A DNA stretch of 64,000 nt from a bacterium (lineage in GTDB: Bacteria; Zhuqueibacterota; Zhuqueibacteria; Residuimicrobiales; Krinioviventaceae), in assembly GCA_963674595.2 (NCBI GenBank), contig CAXXFV010000015.1, forward strand, positions 224,001-288,000, written 5' to 3'. Below, in pieces: positions 1 through 9,856 of this stretch. Within the stretch, counting starts at the first letter, position 1. Every line of letters begins with the position of its first letter. The notes below the pieces were generated by a model. It did no database searches. It was not told where the DNA came from and saw only the letters and a list, made by a program, of their open reading frames with translations. The translations under genes and the position numbers were made by a program.

Positions 1-2033
1 GGTTTATTACCGGCCATTTTTAAAAAGATATCAAGAGGAACTATTTCAAATTCCGGCCCTAATTGATCAAGTATGGATTTAACTCTTGTAATATCACTCC
101 ATTGTCTTACATGCATCAGTAAAAAGTAAGGACGCTTGCCGTTAATATCGGCTAGTTCCTGTAAATCAGCAACCGCATCTTCTTCCGGCCTGTCCGGTGA
201 GAGATAATAATCAAAAGACATAAACGGGCGGTCATCTTTATTTGCAAATGTGTAAGAAGGAGCATATCCGTTTGCAAATCCGATCGCATCGGGCATGCCT
301 TTGTAATAGGCTTCAACTATCTCTTTTGTCAAATTTGTATTTCCTTCTACGGTTGCACCTTCCGAATAGTCCATTGTTTCGAAAACTTGCAAGTCCAGCG
401 TTTTCATCAAATCATAAGCAATTTCAATTATTTTCGGTAAATATTCCGGAGGAATAGCTTTTGGATACATATATCCGGGGCCGGACAAGGAACCGATAAA
501 ATAATCATTTGGTGTTGCCTGGCTGTAAAAGAATTCCATCATGGCCGGTGCCAGCCATTGCCAGTTCATGGTTACTTCCCAGGCATAGGGCATTTCGCCT
601 CTTCCCGGCTGGGTCCAGGCACCCAATCCAAGACAATCTGTTTGAATGCATGAGATATAAACTTTTTCTTCGGGAATGTATTCTTTTCCCGGTACCACAT
701 TATGGTTGTTTTTAAATTCAAATCCGGGAGATGCCGGAACCTGGCTGCTAAAGCTCATATTCGGCAGCGTATGAAGACCTTCCACCCGTAATGCATAACT
801 GGATGTTAATGATACATGGTCTCTTTCTTTGTCTTTTTTATAGGAATGCCAGCCGAAAACATAGGATAATGGTTTCATTTCAGACAACAGTTTGTTGGCT
901 AAAGCGTATTCTTCCTCGTCGGACGGTTTGGAGGAAAGGTCGTTGAAAAAGGCTTTTTTATAAATACCCCAGTCAGCAACGCCTGGTTTCATAATGTTAC
1001 CATGTTCTCCGCCTAGCCAAACAATGTATTCCTTACTGCAGCGGTCCCAATATTTGTCAATGGCCCAGGCGTAAATTTCTGCATCAGACTGACCTGTAAA
1101 TTGTCGGCGAAAATCCTTAACCTTTGTTAAACCATATTTCTCAGCCATGGGAATCTGGTCTTCGCTGACAACAATTGCATTCTCCAGTCCGGCTACGGTA
1201 AAGGATACAATCAATGAAGTACGAACGTTTTTGTCCCAGACAACATATCCATCAACATGGTCTTTTAATGTTTTTAAAGCCTGATCTATGTTTTTTAATT
1301 TGGTAAAAGTATAATACCGTTCTTCGCTTAAAAATTTGTGAACATCAGGAGTAAATCGAAAATCCCATTTTTCCGGATAAATAAAATAGAGCAGGGGACC
1401 CTGGCTGTTTGCCAAACCCTGTAATGAAATGAGCAAGGCTTGTTCATCCAATTTACTGTCAATTTGCCAGTCATCTTCCAGGGTCATATAATAGGCTTCC
1501 CTGGAGCCTTTACGTTTAAAAACATACTTGACCGGGTTTCCTGTTTTTCGTGTAGACCGTTTAATTGTATAGGTTAAAATATCACTCTCCGGGGAATATT
1601 CATAGGTATGAAAACAAGTAACAGGTGTTAAACCTTGAGACCCTTTGATTTGATAATTTTCAACCAGTTCCAAAGTGTTGTCGTTTTTCCATTCAGCAAC
1701 AATAACACGATCTTTTCCAACAGGTTTTGACAAACCCATAAATACATTGGAAGGGAAAACTCTGTTTGTTATTTCAATTTTGTTGGCTCTGCCGTCTGTT
1801 TTCAAGTCCAATGAATCTGCAAAACCCCGGCGATTTCCCCACTTGTTGATGACGAGTGTCGAGTTTCCATTTTTTTCGATTTGAACAGAAAGGTCATTAT
1901 AAAGTTCGATTTGTGAACTTTTTGTTTTAACTAAAGTCCAATCTCCTGATAATGAATTGTCCGTATTGGCATAAACCAGTATTGGTACGAATAGAAACAG
2001 GGATAGAAAAAATGTTTTTATTAATTTGGGCAT
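1..2033 (-). CDS. Secreted GxGYxYP-family putative glycoside hydrolase, 3'-truncated by the window edge (>=677 aa)
   Basis: Not in the ORF track. Manual translation from ATG 2033 (RBS AAGGAGA upstream) gives MPKLIKTFFLSLFLFVPILVYA (signal peptide), SLQGLAN, GYVVWD, FGWH and the motif SGPGYMYP near 462-485. I saw no stop before base 1. Confidence 0.85.
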   Translation of the reverse strand, partial: MPKLIKTFFLSLFLFVPILVYANTDNSLSGDWTLVKTKSSQIELYNDLSVQIEKNGNSTLVINKWGNRRGFADSLDLKTDGRANKIEITNRVFPSNVFMGLSKPVGKDRVIVAEWKNDNTLELVENYQIKGSQGLTPVTCFHTYEYSPESDILTYTIKRSTRKTGNPVKYVFKRKGSREAYYMTLEDDWQIDSKLDEQALLISLQGLANSQGPLLYFIYPEKWDFRFTPDVHKFLSEERYYTFTKLKNIDQALKTLKDHVDGYVVWDKNVRTSLIVSFTVAGLENAIVVSEDQIPMAEKYGLTKVKDFRRQFTGQSDAEIYAWAIDKYWDRCSKEYIVWLGGEHGNIMKPGVADWGIYKKAFFNDLSSKPSDEEEYALANKLLSEMKPLSYVFGWHSYKKDKERDHVSLTSSYALRVEGLHTLPNMSFSSQVPASPGFEFKNNHNVVPGKEYIPEEKVYISCIQTDCLGLGAWTQPGRGEMPYAWEVTMNWQWLAPAMMEFFYSQATPNDYFIGSLSGPGYMYPKAIPPEYLPKIIEIAYDLMKTLDLQVFETMDYSEGATVEGNTNLTKEIVEAYYKGMPDAIGFANGYAPSYTFANKDDRPFMSFDYYLSPDRPEEDAVADLQELADINGKRPYFLLMHVRQWSDITRVKSILDQLGPEFEIVPLDIFLKMAGNK

Positions 2034-2272
2034 GCGGAATTCTCCTTTTTGGGGTAAATGGTTAAAGTTGTAATTGAAATATAAATTTTTTATCAGGCCC
2101 AACGTTAAAATTAATAGAGTAATCCTTAAGATGCAACAATATTTTTTGTATTGATGCTTTGTTTAATTATATTTAGCAAAAACCTGATTTGATATGATAA
2201 AAATACTCTTGCGATAAAGTAAAAATAATCGTATTCTTGATAAATTTAACGTCAAATATCAACAGGTGAGAT

Positions 2273-3425
2273 GTGAGGTATTTTGGTAGATTAGCTGTTA
2301 TTATTTTATTTTGGGGATCATCTCTTTGTGCCCAGTCCTATGTTTCTGTTAAACCTTTAAAAGGTGATGGTATCATGAGCTTGTTGCGTCGTTACTTTTT
2401 ACCGACAGATAAAGAAGCTCAAAGGTTATTCAAAGAATTAAACAAAGACAAATTTGATGAAAATGACGCCTTGAAAGCGGGTGTAACTTATGATTTGCCT
2501 GTTCTAGTATACAATTATAATGGTCAAACGATTCGTTCGACTTTGGGTATTTCAGATTATAATTTGGCAAAAAAAATTCAAACCTATAATGAAAGACTTG
2601 TTCGTTCAAAATTAAAAAACGAGCTTTATAAAATTGATTTGCAGCTATGGGTTCCTGTTTATCTTGTGCCAATGGAAGCTGGTTCTGTTTCTAAAGGTGA
2701 GTTTACAATTTTTGGAAAAGAGAATAGCAGTATTTCTCTGGTTGATAACAAACTGATGGGCAAGATCTTTTACCTGGTCAGTGGGCATGGTGGACCGGAT
2801 CCCGGCGCTATAGGAAAACGGGGCAATTCCCGTCTTTATGAAGATGAATATGCCTATGATATAACACTTCGCTTAGCGCGTCAATTGCTTCAGCATGATG
2901 CCAAAGTATACATAATTGTTCGCGATCCAAATGACGGCATTCGTGATGATGCTATTTTAAAAGGCGATCACGATGAATATTATTACGGCAATCAAAGAAT
3001 TTCAAGTAACAAATTGACCCGATTGAACCAGCGAGTGAAAATTATTAATGATTTGTATTACCGTAACAGGTCCATAACAAAAAAATCAATATACCATCAT
3101 CTTGCACGTCGATTCACGGTCCAACTCTAAACGGATAGATATTTTTTACTATTATAAAAAGGGATGCGCCCTGGGGAAAAAAATTGCCAAAACGTTGTAT
3201 AAAACCATAAAAAAGAAATATGATTTAGCGCAACCGGGACGTGGATATAGTGGTGTTGTTATGACGCGTGATCTTCATCTGCTGCGTGAACTGAAACCAA
3301 CAAGCGTCTACATCGAACTGGGAAATATCCGTAACTTTAGAGACCAGGACCGGTTCACCATTGAAAACAATCGTCAGGCTGTAGCCAATTGGTTGTGTGA
3401 GGGCCTTATTGATGTTACCCATTAA
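2273..3425 (+). pseudogene. N-acetylmuramoyl-L-alanine amidase (Amidase_3), split by a +1 frameshift in an A7 run
   Basis: ORF 2273-3130 has a signal peptide and the GHGGPDPGA and YEDEYAYD motifs. ORF 3102-3425 has HVDSR and YIELGNI. Removing one A from 3079-3085 joins them as ...TKNQYTIILHVDSR (383 aa). Could be a sequencing error. Confidence 0.8.
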
Positions 3426-3448
3426 ATATACAGATTTTAGGAGTTAAC

Positions 3449-4411
3449 GTGCCGCTAACCTTTGACCTTCCGTTAGAACAACTTGAACAGTACCAGGGAT
3501 GTAATCCACGGCCAAAAGATTTTGATAAATATTGGGACGAAAGTCTTGAAGAAATAAAATCAATTGATCCACAAATTGAAATTTTACCCTCTGAATTTAA
3601 AACTGATTTTGCTCAATGTTCTCATTTGTATTTTACCGGAATCGGTGGTGCAAGAGTCCACGCGAAATTAATACAACCGAAAAATTTGCAAAAACCAAAC
3701 CCCGCTGTTTTAATGTTTCATGGATATTATGGTCATTCCGGTGACTGGTCAGGCAAGTTAAATTATGCGGCCAATGGCTATACGGTTGCCGCTTTGGATT
3801 GTCGCGGTCAGGGCGGGCTTTCCCGTGATACCGGAAATGTACCCGGCTGGACACTTTCCGGGCATATTATACGCGGATTGGATGGTTCAGCAAAAGACCT
3901 TTTATACCGTTCGGTATTTCTGGATACTGTGCAGTTGGCCCAAATTGTTATGGATTTACCGCAAGTGGATGAAAACAGGATCGGTGTAACAGGCGGCAGC
4001 CAGGGAGGCGCTTTGACCCTTGCCTGTGCGGCACTTGAACCGCGAATTAAACTGGCTGCTCCGGTTTTTCCGTTTTTGTGTGATTATAAACGTGTATGGG
4101 ACATAGACCTTGCGGAAAACGCCTACCAGGAGCTTAAAGAGTATTTTCGGAAATTTGATCCGCAACATAAACGTGAAATGGAAATTTTTGAACGTTTGGG
4201 CTATATTGATGTTCAATATCTGTGCCCGCGGATTCGGGCAGAGGTTTTTATGGGTGTCGGATTTATGGATAAAATTTGTCCGCCGTCAACCCAGTTTGCT
4301 GCCTATAATAAAATCAAATCACCAAAATCCATGGCAATTTTCCCGGACTATGGCCATGAGCCCTTACCGGGGATTGATGATGAGATTTATCAATTTCTTT
4401 CCAGGTTATAA
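3449..4411 (+). CDS. Acetylxylan esterase / cephalosporin-C deacetylase (CE7)
   Basis: FHGY, DCRGQGG, GGSQGG nucleophile elbow, DKICPPSTQFAAYN, GHE. Confidence 0.92.
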   Translation: MPLTFDLPLEQLEQYQGCNPRPKDFDKYWDESLEEIKSIDPQIEILPSEFKTDFAQCSHLYFTGIGGARVHAKLIQPKNLQKPNPAVLMFHGYYGHSGDWSGKLNYAANGYTVAALDCRGQGGLSRDTGNVPGWTLSGHIIRGLDGSAKDLLYRSVFLDTVQLAQIVMDLPQVDENRIGVTGGSQGGALTLACAALEPRIKLAAPVFPFLCDYKRVWDIDLAENAYQELKEYFRKFDPQHKREMEIFERLGYIDVQYLCPRIRAEVFMGVGFMDKICPPSTQFAAYNKIKSPKSMAIFPDYGHEPLPGIDDEIYQFLSRL

Positions 4412-4423
4412 CATTGTATGCCG

Positions 4424-6106
4424 CTAGGCATACAAATATCTTTTAACTTTTTGTGTTGGTGTTTTTTCAAACGGTTCGGTCTGTTCAATAATTTTTGAAA
4501 TTCTGGAAAACGTTGAAACACGATTGTTTACATCTGTTCGAATATTTTCCAGGATAGTTTTAATTTCATTATGAATTTGAGTTTCTGTCAGTTTCTGGGC
4601 TGAAAACTCTTTGTCCAGCTCTTCATAATTTAAAAAGACACGGGCAACAAGTTTATTCTCCTGCTGATATACCAAAGATTCCAGAACAGAATCGTTTTCG
4701 TTGATAATGTATTCAATCTGTTCAGGGTAGATGTTTTCGCCACTGGGTCCCAAAATCATGTTTTTTAAACGGCCTTTAATATACAGGTAATCGTTTTCAT
4801 CCAAAACCCCGAGGTCGCCGGTACGAAACCAGCCGTCTTCAGTAAAGACTGATTTTGTTTGTTCGTCATCATTATAATAACCTCGCATCACACTTGGGCC
4901 TTTAACCAGAATTTCACCTTCACCTGTTTTGGGATCGGGTTTGTCGATTTTAACCTGTACCCCGGGAAGAGCCGGGCCTGTAGAACGATACCTGGTTTTT
5001 GTGGGGTCCGTTCCGGCAATGAGCGGGGATGTTTCAGTCAACCCGTAACCAATTGCATAGGGGAACTTTGCTTCACGCATGAATTTTTCCACTTCCGGAG
5101 AAACAGCAGAACCACCAATCCCAAAAAAGTGCAGTTCACCTCCAAAAGATTTTAAAAGTTTTTTCCCTGCCAGTTGAATGATTTTTTTCCGAACAGGCTC
5201 AATTTTCGTCAACTGTTTTAAAAGTGTACTTTTTGTAAGTTGTGGTAAAATTCTTAATTTATAAATTTTTTCTATAATTAACGGCACGGTCAGCATCATT
5301 GTCGGTCTTATTTTTTGCATGGCCGGAAGCAGTACACGGGCAATCGGCGGTTTGTTCATATAATAAACACAGGAACCCTGCATAAACGGTATGACAAGGC
5401 CCAGTGTGCATTCGTAGGTGTGTGAAAGCGGTAAAACAGACAGCAGACGATCATTGGGTGCAACTTTAACAATAAGTGTGGTTGCATAGGCATCGTAAAC
5501 AACGTTTTTATGTGTGAGCATAACGCCTTTTGACTTTCCGGTTGTTCCGGATGTATATATAATGGCGGCCAGGTCATCTTCTTTTATTTCGTCATTTCGT
5601 AAACCCGCCATTTTCAGCGCGGCTGCCTTTAGTTTGGCAAACTCTTTGGTTCTTTCTTTTACAACATCCCGAAGAGCATCTCTTTTTGTTCTTGGAGGAA
5701 TCAGTGAAAAGTCATCCATTAAAATAATACTGTTCAGCTTTTCAAATTCCTCTTCTTCCAGTTTTTCATAAAGTTTTTCCGAAACAAAAATGGCTTTGGA
5801 TTCGGAGTGACGTAAAATGTGATGAATTTCGTTTGGATGAAAGTCGGGAAGAATGGGGACAGCTACAGCGCCCATTGATGTTACGGCAAAATATGCAATG
5901 GCCCAATTCGGCATATTCTCACTCAGAATTGCGACACGGTCTTCGGATATAATTCCCTGTTTATTTAAAAGCACTTTTAATTGTTGAATTTTTTCATTTG
6001 CCTGACTAAAAGTCATGGGCTCATCATCCACCCAGGAAAGGGCGGGATTATTGGCAAATTTTTCTGTGCTGTTTTCTAATACAGATAAAAGAGTATAATT
6101 TTTCAT
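4424..6106 (-). CDS. Long-chain fatty acid-CoA ligase (AMP-binding)
   Basis: YTSGTTGKSKG, GYGLTE, GWFRTGDLG, GENIYP motifs. Confidence 0.92.
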   Translation of the reverse strand: MKNYTLLSVLENSTEKFANNPALSWVDDEPMTFSQANEKIQQLKVLLNKQGIISEDRVAILSENMPNWAIAYFAVTSMGAVAVPILPDFHPNEIHHILRHSESKAIFVSEKLYEKLEEEEFEKLNSIILMDDFSLIPPRTKRDALRDVVKERTKEFAKLKAAALKMAGLRNDEIKEDDLAAIIYTSGTTGKSKGVMLTHKNVVYDAYATTLIVKVAPNDRLLSVLPLSHTYECTLGLVIPFMQGSCVYYMNKPPIARVLLPAMQKIRPTMMLTVPLIIEKIYKLRILPQLTKSTLLKQLTKIEPVRKKIIQLAGKKLLKSFGGELHFFGIGGSAVSPEVEKFMREAKFPYAIGYGLTETSPLIAGTDPTKTRYRSTGPALPGVQVKIDKPDPKTGEGEILVKGPSVMRGYYNDDEQTKSVFTEDGWFRTGDLGVLDENDYLYIKGRLKNMILGPSGENIYPEQIEYIINENDSVLESLVYQQENKLVARVFLNYEELDKEFSAQKLTETQIHNEIKTILENIRTDVNNRVSTFSRISKIIEQTEPFEKTPTQKVKRYLYA

Positions 6107-6117
6107 AAATTTCCCTG

Positions 6118-7743
6118 TTATTTATTATTAACCCCGCATTTTAATTCCCAATCGGTATATGCGTTTAAAAGTTTTTTGTAAATGTCCGGGTATTTTTCAA
6201 TGACATTGTTTAATTCGTTCCGGTCAGTGCTTTGATCATAGAGTTCCCATGGATGATCTTTTTGTTTAACAAGTTTCCAATTTTCATGCAAAACAGCCTT
6301 GTTGCTCAAATGTTCCCAAAAGAGATAGTCATGTCTTTTACGGGTATCTCCGTTAAAAACAGGCAGCAAACTTTTTCCTTCCACCGGAACAATCTTTTTA
6401 CCCTTGAATGTGTCCGGATAACCGGCGCCTGCCAGGTCAATACATGTTGGTAAAATATCTATAATATGGCCTGTTTGATGGAAAATTTCATTTTTATATT
6501 TTATACCATTGGGCCAACTGACGATGAACGGGGTTGCTATTCCGCCTTCGTGCACCCATTTTTTATAATATGTAAAAGGTGTGTTGCTTAAATGTGCCCA
6601 TGATTGTCCGTAACTCATATAGGAATCCACACCACCGGGAGCAAGTCCGTTTTGTCGTCTATCAAATCCCCAGGGACCGCCTTCCGCACAGCCGCCGTTA
6701 TCGGATAAGAACATAATAATTGTATCGTTATATTTATTCTGCTGTTTCAAGAGTTCAAAAATTCTTCCAATTCCCTGGTCCATTCTATCAATTTGTGCGG
6801 CGTAAATCGCCATTTTAAGGTCCATTTCTTCTTTGTTTGGAACGTTGTCCCATGGTGTAATTTCTTTGTCAAGCGGGGGTAAGGACCAGGTCTCGTCAAA
6901 AAGCCCCATTGCTTTTTGTTTATCAAATCTTTTTTGCTGTAATTTTTCCCAACCATCCAGGTATTTGTTTTTATATTTTTTTATATCTTGTGGTAAAGCA
7001 TGCAGCGGCCAGTGAGGGGCCGTATAAGCAACATACATAAAAAACGGCTTGTCATTTTTTTCATGATCAGAGAGCATTTTTACGGCATGATCTGTAATGG
7101 CATCTGTCATATAAAAATTATCTTTGGGTGGTATAAATGGTTGGTCATCCAATGCCATTGTTCGCGTAACACCCTCTGCTTTGGTTTTTGTATAATCAAA
7201 ATAGTTTGCGGCCCCGCTTATTAATCCAAAATAATGATCAAAACCACGGTCAACCGGCCAGTTTGGCCGATTTTCTCCAACATGCCATTTGCCGGCCATT
7301 AATGTTTTATAATCGGCTTGTTTTAATAATTCGGCTATGGTTACGCATTGGTCATTGATGTAACCCTGATAGGGGCCGGGGGTTGTGTTATTTGTTTTGA
7401 CCATCGCACCCATACCTGCCTGATGCGGGTACAATCCTGTGAGCAGCGATGCACGAGTCGGACAGCATCTGGCCGCGTTATAAAAATGGGTAAGCCGTAT
7501 TCCCGCCTTTGCCAATGCATCTAAATTGGGTGTGTTAATTTCTGAGCCGTAACATCCCAGGTCTGAAAATCCCATATCATCTGCCATTATCAGCAGAATA
7601 TTTGGCCGTTTTTTGGTAAGCGTTTTTTTGCAGCCGGAGGTAATAAAATAAGGTGCGGCAATAGTTGCTCCGGCACTTTTTGTCAGTTTTGTTAAAAAAC
7701 TACGCCGGGCCATGTTATTTGTTGAATTTATTGTAATCGACAT
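6118..7743 (-). CDS. Arylsulfatase (formylglycine-dependent S1 family) with Tat-type, possibly lipoprotein, signal
   Basis: RRSFL twin-arginine motif, ITSGC lipobox-like, PNILLIMADDMG, CCPTRASLLTG (CxPxR), GKWH, SDNG. Confidence 0.93.
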   Translation of the reverse strand: MSITINSTNNMARRSFLTKLTKSAGATIAAPYFITSGCKKTLTKKRPNILLIMADDMGFSDLGCYGSEINTPNLDALAKAGIRLTHFYNAARCCPTRASLLTGLYPHQAGMGAMVKTNNTTPGPYQGYINDQCVTIAELLKQADYKTLMAGKWHVGENRPNWPVDRGFDHYFGLISGAANYFDYTKTKAEGVTRTMALDDQPFIPPKDNFYMTDAITDHAVKMLSDHEKNDKPFFMYVAYTAPHWPLHALPQDIKKYKNKYLDGWEKLQQKRFDKQKAMGLFDETWSLPPLDKEITPWDNVPNKEEMDLKMAIYAAQIDRMDQGIGRIFELLKQQNKYNDTIIMFLSDNGGCAEGGPWGFDRRQNGLAPGGVDSYMSYGQSWAHLSNTPFTYYKKWVHEGGIATPFIVSWPNGIKYKNEIFHQTGHIIDILPTCIDLAGAGYPDTFKGKKIVPVEGKSLLPVFNGDTRKRHDYLFWEHLSNKAVLHENWKLVKQKDHPWELYDQSTDRNELNNVIEKYPDIYKKLLNAYTDWELKCGVNNK

Positions 7744-7921
7744 ATTACCTTTTAGTTTTCTACCATTTCAATATCCGAATTGGTGTAATAAATGTCAATT
7801 TATTTCTTTTATTTCTTATCTTGATTATTCGGTATGATAAAATACTCGATTTTTTAATATTAATTTATTACTTTATATAAATCTTCCAGATTATTTCCAG
7901 ATTAAATTAAAATGGTGAAAT

Positions 7922-9244
7922 ATGAATCTTTCCGAAAATCTTAAAAATGCCGGAGTTGTGGGAGCAGGTGGTGCCGGTTTCCCAACTCATATAAAAATGA
8001 ATTCAACTGTTGAATGGTTTCTTATTAACGGTGCCGAATGCGAACCGTTAATGCATAAAGATAAAGAACTCATGACCCAGTTTTCCCATGAAATTATTGA
8101 AGGTATTAAACTTGCCTATAAATCTGTAGGCGCTGCAAAAGCTGTTATTGGTATAAAATCAAAAAATAAAAAAGCCATTACAAGTTTAAAAAAAGCTATT
8201 GATGACCCGGCAATCAGCATTCACGAGTTTGGTGATTTTTATCCTGTCGGTGATGAATACGAACTTGTATACGGCGTTACCGGTAGACTTATTCCGCCTC
8301 AGGGACTCCCCCTGGATGTCGGTTGTGTTGTTAATAATGTTGAAACTGTTTATAATATTTATCAGGCCGGTAAGGGCATTCCTGTAACCAAAACGTTCCT
8401 GACTATAACAGGATTAGTTAAAAATCCATTGACCACGGATGTGCCCATTGGTATGTCTGTTAAGGATGTTTTGGCGCTTGCCGGCGGACCGACCTTGTCA
8501 GAATATGCCATTATGGAAAGCGGTTTAATGATGGGAAAACTGGTTCAGGATCTGAACCAACCTGTTACCAAAACAACCGGTGGGTTGATTGTTTTACCAG
8601 CCGATCATCCCCTGATTTTGCGTTACACAAAGCCTGAGAAAGCCATGCACAGAATCGGTCATTCGGCTTGTGATCAATGCAGTTATTGTACTGAACTTTG
8701 TCCCAGGTATTTACTGGGTTATGATATCCAACCTCATCTGGCCATGCGGAGTCTTGGGTTTACCGTTACAGGCCCGGAAATTTGGAATAAATATTCCTTG
8801 TTATGTTGTCAATGTGGTGTTTGTACATTATACTCTTGTCCCGAATCATTATACCCGCGGGAAGCCTGTGCAAAAGGTATAAGCGATTTACGTGAAAAAG
8901 GTAAGGCCAAATGGGAAGGTGATAAACAACCTAAAGTCCATCCGATGCGTGATGCGAGAAGATTACCATTAAAACAACTCATGAACAAACTTGGTGTGAC
9001 ACAGTATCAGGCTCCTGCTCCATATACCAAATTAAATATTGAACCCGATTCGGTTCAAATTCCTTTAAATCAACATATCGGCGCTCCGGCATTGCCTCAG
9101 GTTAATCAGGGTGATCATGTTAAAAAAGACCAGCTTATCGGCAAATGTCCGGATGATAAATTGGGCGCTAATATTCATGCCAGTATCAATGGCCGGATTC
9201 AAAAAGTTGATGAAAAGATGATAATTATTGAAAGGATTAAATAA
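7922..9244 (+). CDS. pduS: PduS-like cobalamin reductase / RnfC-like flavin Fe-S protein
   Basis: N-terminal AGVVGAGGAGFPTH, INGAECEPL, SLBB domain, two ferredoxin motifs (CDQCSYCTELCP; CCQCGVCTLYSCP), C-terminal QHIGAPA barrel-sandwich. This is the PduS domain order. Confidence 0.85.
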   Translation: MNLSENLKNAGVVGAGGAGFPTHIKMNSTVEWFLINGAECEPLMHKDKELMTQFSHEIIEGIKLAYKSVGAAKAVIGIKSKNKKAITSLKKAIDDPAISIHEFGDFYPVGDEYELVYGVTGRLIPPQGLPLDVGCVVNNVETVYNIYQAGKGIPVTKTFLTITGLVKNPLTTDVPIGMSVKDVLALAGGPTLSEYAIMESGLMMGKLVQDLNQPVTKTTGGLIVLPADHPLILRYTKPEKAMHRIGHSACDQCSYCTELCPRYLLGYDIQPHLAMRSLGFTVTGPEIWNKYSLLCCQCGVCTLYSCPESLYPREACAKGISDLREKGKAKWEGDKQPKVHPMRDARRLPLKQLMNKLGVTQYQAPAPYTKLNIEPDSVQIPLNQHIGAPALPQVNQGDHVKKDQLIGKCPDDKLGANIHASINGRIQKVDEKMIIIERIK

Positions 9245-9796
9245 ATGCAATTAAATGCGATCGGTTTGATTGAATTAAACAGTATTGCTGCGGGGATTGA
9301 TGTTACAGATACCATGATAAAAACGGCCAATGTTGAATTGGTTATTTCGCGATCGATATGTTCAGGAAAATATATGGTGATTGTCGGTGGAGATATTTCC
9401 GCCGTACGTTCAAGTGTTGATGCCGGTCTTATAAAATGGCAGGGAGCTGTTATTGATTCGATGGTTTTATCAAACATCCATCCGTCTGTTTTGCCGGCGG
9501 TTTCAGGCGCCAATAATATTGAGAAATTATCTTCATTGGGCGTTATTGAATCATTTTCTGTCGCTTCTTTACTTGAAGCGGCTGACGCTGCTGCAAAAGC
9601 TGCCAATGTTGAGCTGATGGAAATTCGTTTGGCTATGGCTATGGGAGGCAAGGCTTTTGTTACCATGACCGGAGATGTTGCGGCTGTTCGTGCTGCTGTG
9701 GAAGCAGGTGCGGCAATTATTGCAGAAAAGGGCTTGTTGGTTAATAAAGTGGTAATTCCTTCACCCAGTCCCCAATTATATAAAGATTACATTTAA
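9245..9796 (+). CDS. pduT: Tandem-domain microcompartment shell protein (BMC-T), PduT-like
   Basis: Two BMC repeats (AIGLIELNSIAAG...GDISAVRSSVDAG; LGVIESFS...GDVAAVRAAVEAG). ICSGKY corresponds to the PduT Fe-S-binding CPGK motif. Starts directly after the pduS stop. Confidence 0.88.
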   Translation: MQLNAIGLIELNSIAAGIDVTDTMIKTANVELVISRSICSGKYMVIVGGDISAVRSSVDAGLIKWQGAVIDSMVLSNIHPSVLPAVSGANNIEKLSSLGVIESFSVASLLEAADAAAKAANVELMEIRLAMAMGGKAFVTMTGDVAAVRAAVEAGAAIIAEKGLLVNKVVIPSPSPQLYKDYI

Positions 9797-9856
9797 TTAA
9801 GAATTTTTTAACCTTGTTTATTTTAAACGATTAATATATTCAGTACGGAGATTCCA

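Noticed and set aside
242-1884. Three short plus-strand ORFs (242, 509, 1675)
   Set aside because: They are antisense shadows of the long minus-strand GxGYxYP gene. The same applies to the many 60-155 aa ORFs nested in or opposite real genes throughout the window.
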